The notes beneath the pieces were generated by a model. It ran no database searches. It was not told where the DNA came from and was given only the letters and a program-made list of their open reading frames with translations. From IMG/VR virus record IMGVR_UViG_3300020048_000068, positions 1 through 64,000 of that record: 64,000 nt of DNA, one strand, 5' to 3'. Below are positions 10,325 to 19,867 of this stretch, one piece after another. The position numbers and the translations under genes are program-made. The number at the start of each line of letters is the position of its first letter. Position 1 is the stretch's first letter. This stretch comes from a virus.

Positions 10325-11275
10325 ATGAAATTTGTTCCTGATATCCATATCAATAGTTTAAATGAAATATATAAATATGTTTCTCAGGAAACTATATTTA
10401 AAAGTGTATTTGGAGAAGTTCCTGATTTAAATAAAAAATATCTAAGTCCATTTAGAGAAGATAATAATCCAAATTGTTATTTTAAAAATATAAATGGACA
10501 TATTTATTTTGTTGATTGGGTTGATGGAACAGTAGATGCAATTGGTTCTATTAAAAAGAAATATAATTTAACAGTAATAGAACTATTTAATTATTTTAAA
10601 AATAATTTTGATTTTGAATATGATGAACAAAAAATAAATTTTTATAAAGAAATTATCAAAGTTCCTACTATTATATATCCATTAATAAGAAATTGGGAAG
10701 ATAGAGATATAAATTACTGGACTAAACGATATGGTATAACTACATTACAATTAGAAGAAGATAATGTATTCCCTATATCACAATTTGCCTATAGAAAGAA
10801 TAATATATTAAAACATGTAACTCCCATAAGTATAACTTATGCCATATCTTCACAAGATAAGTTTAAAATATATTCTCCTTTAGAAAGTAAGAAAAGTAAA
10901 TGGTTATCTAATATACCCAAAGATCACATTAACGGTAGTTACAATGACGATAGTAAAAACATTATAATAACTAAGTCATATAAAGATCATAGAGTATTAT
11001 ATAATTTATTAAATGATAACGTAATCTGGTTACAGAACGAAGGTGTAATTCCAATACAATTAAATTCCTTTTTAGAATCATTTATTGACATTATAATATT
11101 TTATGATAATGATAAAGCAGGCATGTTTGCTGCTGATAAATTAAGTAAGTCAATAAATAAAGAAACAAGAATAATACAATCTGATAAATCTCATTTGAAA
11201 GATATATCAGACATGTATTGTTTTAAAGGTAAAATAAAAACCAAAAATTGGTTAAATAAAACAATAAATAATTAA
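10325..11275 (+). CDS. DnaG-type (TOPRIM) DNA primase
   Basis: SPFRED..P.C N-terminal motif; IIITKSYKD, YDNDKAG, KDISD. Confidence 0.85.
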   Translation: MKFVPDIHINSLNEIYKYVSQETIFKSVFGEVPDLNKKYLSPFREDNNPNCYFKNINGHIYFVDWVDGTVDAIGSIKKKYNLTVIELFNYFKNNFDFEYDEQKINFYKEIIKVPTIIYPLIRNWEDRDINYWTKRYGITTLQLEEDNVFPISQFAYRKNNILKHVTPISITYAISSQDKFKIYSPLESKKSKWLSNIPKDHINGSYNDDSKNIIITKSYKDHRVLYNLLNDNVIWLQNEGVIPIQLNSFLESFIDIIIFYDNDKAGMFAADKLSKSINKETRIIQSDKSHLKDISDMYCFKGKIKTKNWLNKTINN

Positions 11276-11283
11276 TAATAATT

Positions 11284-11886
11284 ATGCGTAAAATTACGGT
11301 TTATAGTACTGGTGGAGTTAATGGTGGTGAATACAATGTTGCTATTTCAGCTACTACACTTGGTCAAATCAAAGAAGCAATTGGTTCTGAGAAATATCCT
11401 TGGAATACATCTGTTATTGCTGATGAATTTGAAAAAATTTATGGGTCTAATAATGATATTCTTCCAGAAGGAGACTTTGCATTATTTATATATCCCAAGA
11501 CTACAAAAAGTGGGGCATTGTCTTATGTTGATGCTAAAGTAAGGATTCAGACTTTAAGAAAGCTTTATAATGAAGCTATAGAACATTTTGGTAATTATAC
11601 TCAGAAATCAACTTTAGAATTGAATAGACTTGTTGATCTATGGGATAAAAAAAATAATAAAAGAGATGAAGTCACTCCTCTTAAAGTAGAAACAACAGTA
11701 GTAATTCCTACTACAGACGATCTCATTAATTTCTTTAGAAGTAGAGTCATAGACGATAGATATTATTTTGAATATACCAATGAATATATTATGACTGATA
11801 TTAATCGGAAACTTAATCCAACTTCTTTTGTTGATAAAAAAGTTGATTTTGAAGCTTTTGGTAGGAAGCTGGGATATATCAAGTAA
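11284..11886 (+). CDS. putative ubiquitin-like (beta-grasp) protein precursor with C-terminal extension
   Basis: 77-aa N-terminal domain with beta-beta-alpha pattern (ITVYST / NVAISATTLGQIKEAI / LPEGDFALFIYP) ending in KTTKSG; first gene of the E2/JAB/E1 cluster. Confidence 0.6.
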   Translation: MRKITVYSTGGVNGGEYNVAISATTLGQIKEAIGSEKYPWNTSVIADEFEKIYGSNNDILPEGDFALFIYPKTTKSGALSYVDAKVRIQTLRKLYNEAIEHFGNYTQKSTLELNRLVDLWDKKNNKRDEVTPLKVETTVVIPTTDDLINFFRSRVIDDRYYFEYTNEYIMTDINRKLNPTSFVDKKVDFEAFGRKLGYIK

Positions 11887-11912
11887 AAAATAGTAAGATC
11901 AATATTAATATT

Positions 11913-11950
11913 AAAAAAGCTAATAGATTAATTTTTATTAGCTTTTTTTT
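11913..11950 (+). terminator. Rho-independent terminator-like hairpin
   Basis: AAAAAAGCTAATA-loop-TATTAGCTTTTTTTT. Confidence 0.65.
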
Positions 11951-11962
11951 AATTTTAAATTA

Positions 11963-13072
11963 ATGAATGAACAAAATCAACAAGAAATATTAAAAATTAT
12001 ATTAAAAACATTAAGAAACTGTTATCCAAATACTTTTCAAATAACAAAGCAAAATGAATGTAATTATGTCATTGATATCTATTTTCCAATTATTAATATT
12101 ACAAATAGACAGAAAAAAAAACATGTCATTTATGATATAATTGTGAGGATTCCTATAACCTTTAATAGTTCTTTAGATAAATATCTTATAGGAACATTAT
12201 TAGGAACACGATTATCTTTATCTAAAAACGAAGCTTGTAGTAATTATTGTCATTCTCATTTAAATGCTCAAATAAACAGGTTATGGGGTAATTGGAATGA
12301 ACTAATGATAAAAGGGCTTCCTCTTACTCAAGCTGAGTTAGAAAAAAAACTCAAAGATAATACTTTTGAGTTTGATCCTTTTTGTTTAGGATATGGTGGT
12401 ATTAATAATATTACATATCAATTAAATACAAATACTTCCAAACAATTAAATATTAATAATTGGTTATTGTTTTTTAAAAGTATTAAAAATTATTTGGAAT
12501 ATGAAAGTTTAGAAGGAGGGCCATATCGTAAAATTGATAACATATATGCTGGTAGTAATAGTAATATAAAACATATTGTTAAGTTTGATGATTATTTTTT
12601 TATAATAAATAGAAATAAAAAAAATATTTATGAGTATATAACAAAACTAATCAAAGAAGGAGTTATTAAATTATATTTAAACGCTAATTTTAAAATTAGA
12701 TATAAATATAATGAAGAATTAGAAGTATTATTTTATGATGAATATAACCATCTCTTTTATGAGAGATTATGTTCACATAAACAAAATAATAATTATTGGG
12801 TAATAAGTAGAAATGCAATTGATGCACATTATTTTAGTAATGAACATATAAAAAGATTAGAAACATATTATTTTCCTTTTAGAGATTATAAAATACCTTG
12901 TAGATTAATTGATAAAGATAACATGATAAACCGTGATGAAAAACTAATTAAAGTAATTCATCCACATATAATTAAAAGAATATTAAATGAATATATTACC
13001 GACCTCAACAATACCAAGAGTAGAATTATCAACAATAGTGATGAAAGCAAAACCACTGCTTCTGATTTCTGA
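11963..13072 (+). CDS. putative prokaryotic E2-like (UBC-fold) protein
   Basis: YCHSHL followed by FCLG (E2-type H-x-H...C-L signature) and ESLEGGPY; adjacent to JAB and E1. Confidence 0.5.
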   Translation: MNEQNQQEILKIILKTLRNCYPNTFQITKQNECNYVIDIYFPIINITNRQKKKHVIYDIIVRIPITFNSSLDKYLIGTLLGTRLSLSKNEACSNYCHSHLNAQINRLWGNWNELMIKGLPLTQAELEKKLKDNTFEFDPFCLGYGGINNITYQLNTNTSKQLNINNWLLFFKSIKNYLEYESLEGGPYRKIDNIYAGSNSNIKHIVKFDDYFFIINRNKKNIYEYITKLIKEGVIKLYLNANFKIRYKYNEELEVLFYDEYNHLFYERLCSHKQNNNYWVISRNAIDAHYFSNEHIKRLETYYFPFRDYKIPCRLIDKDNMINRDEKLIKVIHPHIIKRILNEYITDLNNTKSRIINNSDESKTTASDF

Positions 13073-14231
13073 TAATTTTTACAAACAAGCAGAATATTTA
13101 TGTAAAGAAATCAATACCGTAGAATGGAGTGGTATTGGTATTTATAAAATTACAGGTAGTATAACTTCACTATTTGATAATAAAGAAGAAGTAAGTAAAG
13201 AAGAGTTCTTTATTGAAGCACTTGATATTATACCTATGGATAAAGGTAGTTCTATACATACAGACTACAAATTTGGTCCTGAAGTACAAAAATATATGAA
13301 GAATTTAGCTGAAGAGAGAAAAGTTAAAGCAAGTGAATATTATACACTTAGATTACTCCATGTGCATTCACATAATTCGATGAACGTATTCTTTAGTAAT
13401 ACAGATAACGAAGAATTAGAAGATAATGTATTTAACCATAATGGTTATCTATCTATTATTACTAATAACAAGAAAGAATATAATGCTAAGTTTGTGGTAG
13501 GTTGTAATCTTAATAGGAAGATGGAAGGTAGTTTTGTTGATGTTGATGGGAAGAGTATTCCTATTAATAGAGCAGAAGAACCTAAACAAACAATGTTAGT
13601 ATTTACTCCTAAGATTATATTTGAAAATCAACAGACATCTTTTGATAAAACGTTTCTTAATAGTATTGAAAAGATTAAGATAGAGAGTATTCATGCTATA
13701 CAAAATGACAATAATCGGAATCATAGGATTAAACAATTTGATAATAGTATTCATATACAACCTGATTTATTTGATCAGCATTATTTAAATCCTAAACATA
13801 ATATTCAAGTATCAGGAAATCTTAAACAAACAATTTTAAATAAAATCAGCACAACAGAAAACGCTTTTTTTAATTTTATTAAAGATGCTTTAGTTAATGC
13901 GTTTACACCTTATTCTAATGTTAATATCGCAATAAATTATTCGTTGACTAGAATATTAACTGATATTAATAAATACTATAAGAATAATACCGTTGATAGA
14001 GATGAATTTAAAAGCAATTTGTGTATTTGTTTATTCTCTTCTTATTTTGATTTTGTAAATGAAATTATTAATAATGAAGATCAAGCTATATATGTTAATG
14101 ATCTTATTCAACTAATGTCATTTATTAATAGTAAAAATAATAAAAAAGATTTTCCCATTGCTACACAATTAATCGAAGATGCGTGTAATAATATTATTCA
14201 AGAAAATATAAAATTACAAAAAATATGTTAG
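12987..14231 (+). CDS. JAB/MPN (JAMM) metallopeptidase
   Basis: EWSG glutamate plus HVHSHNSMNVFFSNTD (H-x-H-x7-S-x2-D). Confidence 0.85.
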   Translation: MNILPTSTIPRVELSTIVMKAKPLLLISDNFYKQAEYLCKEINTVEWSGIGIYKITGSITSLFDNKEEVSKEEFFIEALDIIPMDKGSSIHTDYKFGPEVQKYMKNLAEERKVKASEYYTLRLLHVHSHNSMNVFFSNTDNEELEDNVFNHNGYLSIITNNKKEYNAKFVVGCNLNRKMEGSFVDVDGKSIPINRAEEPKQTMLVFTPKIIFENQQTSFDKTFLNSIEKIKIESIHAIQNDNNRNHRIKQFDNSIHIQPDLFDQHYLNPKHNIQVSGNLKQTILNKISTTENAFFNFIKDALVNAFTPYSNVNIAINYSLTRILTDINKYYKNNTVDRDEFKSNLCICLFSSYFDFVNEIINNEDQAIYVNDLIQLMSFINSKNNKKDFPIATQLIEDACNNIIQENIKLQKIC

Positions 14232-14974
14232 AAATAGAACAAGAAGTAGAAAGTAAATATACAAGATTTAAAGATGCTCCTTGGTTTGAAACTATTAGAA
14301 ATCAAGAAATATTGTTATGTGGGGCAGGAGGTATTAGCAGCTGGACTGCTCTAGCATTAGCAAGTGCTGGTTGTGAGAATCTAATAGTATGTGATTATGA
14401 TACTTTGGAAGAGCATAATTTAGGAGGACAGTTCTATACTAGTGAGCAAGCTAAAAAAGGAGAATTTAAAACACATGCTTTACAAGAAAATATTAAATCT
14501 TTCTGTGATACCACTATTAATGTTTGGACTGATAAGATAGAAGAAAATATCGATATTGATTTTAATCATGTTATTTGTGGATTTGATAATATGAAAGCAA
14601 GAAAGATAGTATTTGAAAAATGGTGTGAACATCTTAATAATAGTATTTTTTCATTTAATAAAAAACAATGTATTTTTATTGATGGCAGATTAACAGCAGA
14701 ACAAATTCAAATATTTACTATTCTTGGTGATGATGAAGTTGCTAAAAAAGAATACAGGACTAATCATATATGTGATGATGCTTTAATTGAAGATGCACCG
14801 TGTACATTTAAACAAACAAGATATCTTGCAATGAAAATAGCAGGTCTTATTAGTGAAATCTATACTAATTATCTTAGTAATATATCATCAAAAGTATATG
14901 GTCATAAACAAGTTCCTTTCTTTTATGAAACATATACCCCACTAATGAGTATTAATAAAACGATTAAAATATGA
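14225..14974 (+). CDS. ThiF/MoeB/E1-family adenylating enzyme
   Basis: CGAGGISS, DYDTLEEHNLGGQ, GFDNMKAR, IDGR, candidate catalytic Cys in DAPCT. Confidence 0.9.
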   Translation: MLEIEQEVESKYTRFKDAPWFETIRNQEILLCGAGGISSWTALALASAGCENLIVCDYDTLEEHNLGGQFYTSEQAKKGEFKTHALQENIKSFCDTTINVWTDKIEENIDIDFNHVICGFDNMKARKIVFEKWCEHLNNSIFSFNKKQCIFIDGRLTAEQIQIFTILGDDEVAKKEYRTNHICDDALIEDAPCTFKQTRYLAMKIAGLISEIYTNYLSNISSKVYGHKQVPFFYETYTPLMSINKTIKI

Positions 14975-15684
14975 CCGATTTTATTAATACTGATTGGATC
15001 AGTAGTCGATTACTTGTGAATAATGATGCTCTTTATTTTCTCCCCTCTGATTACAGAATATCTTTAAAATATAGTAAATTGATTCCTTATTATGCTTGGA
15101 GAATATTTAATTATGGAGTCATTAATAAAGATAAATTCATTTATCTTCCTACAATTAATCACACTCTTCAAAGATTTCCTACAGCAGGAATTAATAACGT
15201 ACTATCAATAATAAATATAAATGAAAATATTAGTGGTACATATGTAAATGTAAAAATAAATAATACATTCCTACCTATATTTGTTAAAAGTCATTTAATC
15301 TATACATATAATGTAACTAATTTAGAAGAATTACTTACTGCTGACCCTAATATTAAACCAACAATATTAATGGTTCTATGTAATAGTAGAGATCAAGAAT
15401 TACATAAGGATTTTAATATAGATACAGCAGTATTACTTGTTAATTCTGACCCTGATATACAATATTTAATGAGACCTTTTATTAAATATATCAAAATATA
15501 TAAAGAAGCAGGAGTAAAGAATGTGTTATATACACAAAATCCTAATCATTATATTTTCGATAATTTAATAGAAAAAACAAAGTTAATGAATCAAGTTAAA
15601 TTAAAAGAATATATTGATCAATTTTTACCAACTAATGTAGATATAGCAGATACTACAACTATGTCTTATCCACAGGAATTTTAA
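14971..15684 (+). CDS. hypothetical protein translationally coupled to E1
   Basis: 237 aa, ATGA overlap with the ThiF gene. Confidence 0.7.
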   Translation: MTDFINTDWISSRLLVNNDALYFLPSDYRISLKYSKLIPYYAWRIFNYGVINKDKFIYLPTINHTLQRFPTAGINNVLSIININENISGTYVNVKINNTFLPIFVKSHLIYTYNVTNLEELLTADPNIKPTILMVLCNSRDQELHKDFNIDTAVLLVNSDPDIQYLMRPFIKYIKIYKEAGVKNVLYTQNPNHYIFDNLIEKTKLMNQVKLKEYIDQFLPTNVDIADTTTMSYPQEF

Positions 15685-15687
15685 ATT

Positions 15688-16074
15688 ATGGCATTAAGAA
15701 AACCTTCTAATAATAGAAGAAGAGGTCATAATTTTGAAAGAGATATATGTAAATTATTTAGAGAATTAAGTTATACAAAAGTAAAAACTACACGTCAAGC
15801 AAGTAGATTACTTGATGAAAGTAAGGTAGATATATGGGGTATTCCATTTAACATACAATGTAAAGATGGAGTACAAAAAGGTCTTTCCTATAGCAAGGTT
15901 CTTTCAGAGATGAAGGAACTTCTTGCTGCTAACTTTCCAGAGACAGATTTACAAATAACCTTTCCTAAAATAATAATACATCAGAAACTTCCATTTGGTA
16001 AGAAAAGAGTTGAAGAAGATACCTTGGTAATTACTACTCTGGATGACTTTATTAAAATTATAACTAAAGAATAA
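15688..16074 (+). CDS. PD-(D/E)XK nuclease, Holliday junction resolvase-like
   Basis: RRGHNFER...KVDI...IQCK. Confidence 0.7.
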   Translation: MALRKPSNNRRRGHNFERDICKLFRELSYTKVKTTRQASRLLDESKVDIWGIPFNIQCKDGVQKGLSYSKVLSEMKELLAANFPETDLQITFPKIIIHQKLPFGKKRVEEDTLVITTLDDFIKIITKE

Positions 16075-16295
16075 TGAAAAGATTTGAATTTGAAGTAGAA
16101 ACAAAGAGTATTCCCTATGATAGGTTGATATCTAAACTAAGAGTTTCTGTACCTATTGATTATGTTATAGTATGGGAACGTCATGGAGATAAAACTCAAT
16201 CTGGTGTTAGTTTAGTAGGAAGTGAAGTAGAATGGATTGCTAATGAATCTTATGATAATATCAATAATAGATTAATAAATGAAAGTCTTAATTAA
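16074..16295 (+). CDS. hypothetical protein
   Basis: 73-aa ORF with TAATG coupling. Confidence 0.6.
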   Translation: MKRFEFEVETKSIPYDRLISKLRVSVPIDYVIVWERHGDKTQSGVSLVGSEVEWIANESYDNINNRLINESLN

Positions 16296-16396
16296 ACTAT
16301 ATAATCCTAAAGATAATATTAATAGAAATCTATTTTATACTATTTATTTAATTGATAAATATAATACTCGTTTAATAATGTTAAGTAAGAATTGAT

Positions 16397-16714
16397 ATGA
16401 ACGAGTTTGAAAGGGTACTTGTTGAAAAAAGTAAGATTTATAAAAGTATTGTGAACACTCTTTTACTTGACTTGGCGAAAGCACACAACGCTGACATGGA
16501 GTCTATCGGATTATCAGCATTTATTAAGTTGAAAAAGCGCATTGTTGAGCTTGAAGCCGAAAACGCCGAGCTGGAAGCGCAGGTTCCAAGAGTAGTTGAA
16601 GTAAAGGATACGCCGTTTCGGTATGCGTGCGTCTGTGGATCAACTGCATACGAAGTAGATATATTTTGCCATGTATGCGGAGCCAAATTAGACTGGTCGG
16701 AGGTGGAGAAATGA
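16397..16714 (+). CDS. coiled-coil plus zinc-ribbon protein
   Basis: CVCG...CHVCG.KLDW; locally GC-richer. Confidence 0.7.
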   Translation: MNEFERVLVEKSKIYKSIVNTLLLDLAKAHNADMESIGLSAFIKLKKRIVELEAENAELEAQVPRVVEVKDTPFRYACVCGSTAYEVDIFCHVCGAKLDWSEVEK

Positions 16715-16923
16715 TTTATTTAGCAGTAGATGAAGATGGACACGAAGGAATGTATTATCCTAAACCAATTAGAGGATATGAAGAAAGTGGTTTTTGGTAT
16801 ACAGATGTAAGTGCTTATTATGTACAAGAACTCTTGCCTTCTGATACTATTGAAAAGATAATTGGTAAAAAATTAACTTGGGAAGATGAACCTGTAATAT
16901 TAGGAGAAAATGATAACTTATAG
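16711..16923 (+). CDS. small phage protein (start reassigned to ATG 16711)
   Basis: MIYLAVDEDG...LTWEDEPV; ATGA overlap with the upstream gene. Confidence 0.65.
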   Translation: MIYLAVDEDGHEGMYYPKPIRGYEESGFWYTDVSAYYVQELLPSDTIEKIIGKKLTWEDEPVILGENDNL

Positions 16924-17060
16924 TGAATTTAATAATTGTTGGATAGATGATAGTTATTTTGGAACTTTTTATGAATTTATTTCAAAATTACCAGAACACG
17001 ATGATCAAAGTTTTGAAAATGAACGTGATTTTTTAAGCTGGGTAACAGAACCATATAATT

Positions 17061-17657
17061 ATGATAATTAAAGAAAATTCTTTAGTTATTAATAAAACAA
17101 GAAAATATCTTTATCCTATTGTTAGATATTATGGTAATAATTTTCTTAAAATAATAACTTCATTATTTAAAGTAGGTATAGGAATAGGTGATTTAGTATT
17201 AGAGAAATCAGATATAAAATATTCAAATCATCTATTTATACTTGTCAATGTTAAAACTACTTATGCACAAGGAGTAGATTTTTATCATTATCTTTATGAG
17301 TTAAGAAATTATTCTTATTATGAAAATGATTATAGATATGATTTACATGGTGTATATCACATGATTGTATTTAAAATACCAAATACATGTCTATTATCAT
17401 TTGAAGAATTTAAGAAATCAAAATATAGTAATATGTTTAATAGTTCTGAAATTGATTTCTTATTTATTAAAAATAATAATTCAATTAAGAAATTATTAAA
17501 AAAAGATAATAGTTATAAAGATGAATTTAAAAAAATAATAGCTAAAGAATTTATGATGAAAGAAGAAGAAATTCACCCTAATGCTTTAGAAGGTGAATTA
17601 GATTTTAACATAAAAGAAAACGAAGAGAAATTTAATTATCACTTATTGGGAGAATAA
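17061..17657 (+). CDS. hypothetical protein
   Basis: 198-aa ORF. Confidence 0.75.
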   Translation: MIIKENSLVINKTRKYLYPIVRYYGNNFLKIITSLFKVGIGIGDLVLEKSDIKYSNHLFILVNVKTTYAQGVDFYHYLYELRNYSYYENDYRYDLHGVYHMIVFKIPNTCLLSFEEFKKSKYSNMFNSSEIDFLFIKNNNSIKKLLKKDNSYKDEFKKIIAKEFMMKEEEIHPNALEGELDFNIKENEEKFNYHLLGE

Positions 17658-17816
17658 ATGGAGAAATGGGAAATAAAAGAATGTTGGTGTAAACATATTT
17701 ATGTTGATCTAACACAAATTGCTAATGTAGAAATAGTTAGGTGGGGAAGAGAAGAAGCTTGGGAAGTATTTAATGATGCTGACATATTACTAAAATATTT
17801 AACTGATTATAAATAA

Positions 17817-18098
17817 ATGGAAGATCAAAATATAGCAGATAGTTTTATCGAAGAACTTACTGAAATAACTGCCGAATTAGGTATTTGTTATGACATTAAT
17901 GCTATTTATGTAAATCAAAAAGATAAAAAAATAATAGTAGAGTTTAATTATTCAGAAGATAATAATGATAATACTGTTATTTTTACACAAGTAATTGAAG
18001 AAGCTAATACTTCATTGTTAGATGAAGAATTAGATAATGAACATAATGTTAGCTTAGATAAAGATGATTACAATGATTTTAAATTTACAAACTGGTAA
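17817..18098 (+). CDS. acidic hypothetical protein
   Basis: 93 aa, very D/E-rich. Confidence 0.65.
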   Translation: MEDQNIADSFIEELTEITAELGICYDINAIYVNQKDKKIIVEFNYSEDNNDNTVIFTQVIEEANTSLLDEELDNEHNVSLDKDDYNDFKFTNW

Positions 18099-18388
18099 TG
18101 ATTAGTACTGTAGATTATTCAGCAGAAGGGATATTACAACAAGCTCTTAATCTTTTAAAAGAAAGAGGAAAAGATTATGACTCTGGTGAAGAAAGAAGTA
18201 TGCAGAAAATTGTAGATATGTTTAATATACCTACAGGTCATAATCTAACTGAAGTAGAAGGTTGGTTTTTTATGCAGTGTGTTAAAAATGTAAGGTATTT
18301 TACTAATAGTGGTGATGTACATAAAGATAGTTTGTTAGATGATGTTTCTTATTCATCGCTTAAAGCTGAAGCAGCATTAAATAAATGA
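18098..18388 (+). CDS. DUF6378-like small phage protein
   Basis: ERGKDYD..., K.VR, H.DS..D...Y pattern. Confidence 0.55.
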   Translation: MISTVDYSAEGILQQALNLLKERGKDYDSGEERSMQKIVDMFNIPTGHNLTEVEGWFFMQCVKNVRYFTNSGDVHKDSLLDDVSYSSLKAEAALNK

Positions 18389-18579
18389 AATATATTTATA
18401 CTGAAACCATTACAAAAGAACTCGATATTCCCTATCAATTAGAACAAAAAATTAAAGAATTGTATGAGCAAAAAAATAACCATGAAGAAATTATGGATTA
18501 TTTATTTACTTTTTGTTGGGATTATTTGTTTAAAGGATATGAACGTGGTGAATTAATAAATAATAACTTAATAGAATGA
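18385..18579 (+). CDS. hypothetical protein
   Basis: ATGA-coupled small ORF. Confidence 0.55.
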   Translation: MKYIYTETITKELDIPYQLEQKIKELYEQKNNHEEIMDYLFTFCWDYLFKGYERGELINNNLIE

Positions 18580-18785
18580 GACCTATTCCTACAAAAGAGA
18601 GATTGCCAGAAGATACAAATAATATCTGGTGGTTTAATAGTGAAGAAGATTTTTGGGAATTAAGCACAAAAATGAGTGTTGTATTTGATGAAGATAATAA
18701 ATATGATTATGATAAATATACATACTGGTTACCAATGAATGAAATACCTTTACCTAGAATTTTAAATCATTATGAAATTAATTAA
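18576..18785 (+). CDS. hypothetical protein (DUF551-like)
   Basis: IP..ERLPE...TYWLP pattern. Confidence 0.5.
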   Translation: MRPIPTKERLPEDTNNIWWFNSEEDFWELSTKMSVVFDEDNKYDYDKYTYWLPMNEIPLPRILNHYEIN

Positions 18786-19695
18786 ACAAAGTTATAAGAT
18801 ATTAAATAATAATAATTCTTTAAAAGATATAGAATTAGCAGCGCGTACTTGCTATCAATCCTTTGATAAAATATCAGAGGATAATAGTAGTGCAATTAAG
18901 TTAGTTACTAATTTACTTGAAAGAAAACATTATGCGATGTTGGAGTTTGGTGAAAATATTATTTTAAATGTAGATAAAGAATTACTTATTGAATTACTTA
19001 ATTATGCACATAAACCTTTTTATAAAGGATTTAATATTACAATTAGTAATACAAGGTGTTTATTATCTTTTAATCCAAGAACAGCAATTGAATTTCTTGA
19101 ATATATTGAATATATAACTAATTATTGTACACAAAATAATATTATTAGAAAACTATGTCAATCTATTAAGAATAATTTACCTCCACTTTTAACAAGTAAA
19201 TTTGATTGGATTAATGGGAATGATTGGTATCCAGTATTAGGTCAAAAATTACTTGTATCTAAACTTGAAAGAAATGTACATGAGACTTTAACAGTTAAAT
19301 TTATAACTTCAAGATCAATAGCGAATGAGCTGGTTAGACATCGTTTGTGCTCATTTGCTCAAAAATCTAGTAGATATTGTGATGAAAAAGGTGATATTGA
19401 ATTTATAGAACCTTGTTGGTTAGAAAATTCAACACTAATACCAAAACATTGGTTTACAATGGGATTATTTAATGTTGAAAAAATATATCAAACATTAAGA
19501 CGACATGATTGGAAACCTGAACAAGCAAGAGAAGTATTACCTTTATCTTTAGCTACTGAAATAGTAATAAAAGCATCATTACAAGAATGGAAACATATAT
19601 TTAGTTTAAGATGTGATAAAGCTGCTCATCCTATGATGCGTTCATTACTTTGTCCACTTATGGAAGAATTTAATCGAATATATGATGTGGTATAG
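18772..19695 (+). CDS. thyX: FAD-dependent thymidylate synthase
   Basis: AARTCY, H..MLE, ELVRHR..SFAQKSSRY, AREVLP, AHP. Confidence 0.95.
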   Translation: MKLIKQSYKILNNNNSLKDIELAARTCYQSFDKISEDNSSAIKLVTNLLERKHYAMLEFGENIILNVDKELLIELLNYAHKPFYKGFNITISNTRCLLSFNPRTAIEFLEYIEYITNYCTQNNIIRKLCQSIKNNLPPLLTSKFDWINGNDWYPVLGQKLLVSKLERNVHETLTVKFITSRSIANELVRHRLCSFAQKSSRYCDEKGDIEFIEPCWLENSTLIPKHWFTMGLFNVEKIYQTLRRHDWKPEQAREVLPLSLATEIVIKASLQEWKHIFSLRCDKAAHPMMRSLLCPLMEEFNRIYDVV

Positions 19696-19867
19696 TAGTG
19701 AAGTAAAACCAGTAGCAGGAACTGAACATGTTCTTGTTTATAATCCTTATGGAGCAAAACAATTTAAATATATGGTAATAACAGATAATAATTTTATACA
19801 CTATATTCATTCAAATAGATTGTGGACATATATACAAGAACCAATTAATGTAAAAGTAACAGAATAG
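19682..19867 (+). CDS. hypothetical protein
   Basis: 61-aa ORF overlapping the end of thyX. Confidence 0.5.
   Translation: MMWYSSEVKPVAGTEHVLVYNPYGAKQFKYMVITDNNFIHYIHSNRLWTYIQEPINVKVTE

Noticed and set aside
11312-11542. 76-aa alternative-frame ORF over the Ubl domain
   Set aside because: Ubiquitin-like length is coincidental; the Leu/Met-rich shifted frame has no terminal Gly.
14225-14974. ThiF as a thiamine or molybdopterin biosynthesis auxiliary gene
   Set aside because: No thiS/thiG/moaD/moaE context; flanked by JAB and E2-like genes instead.
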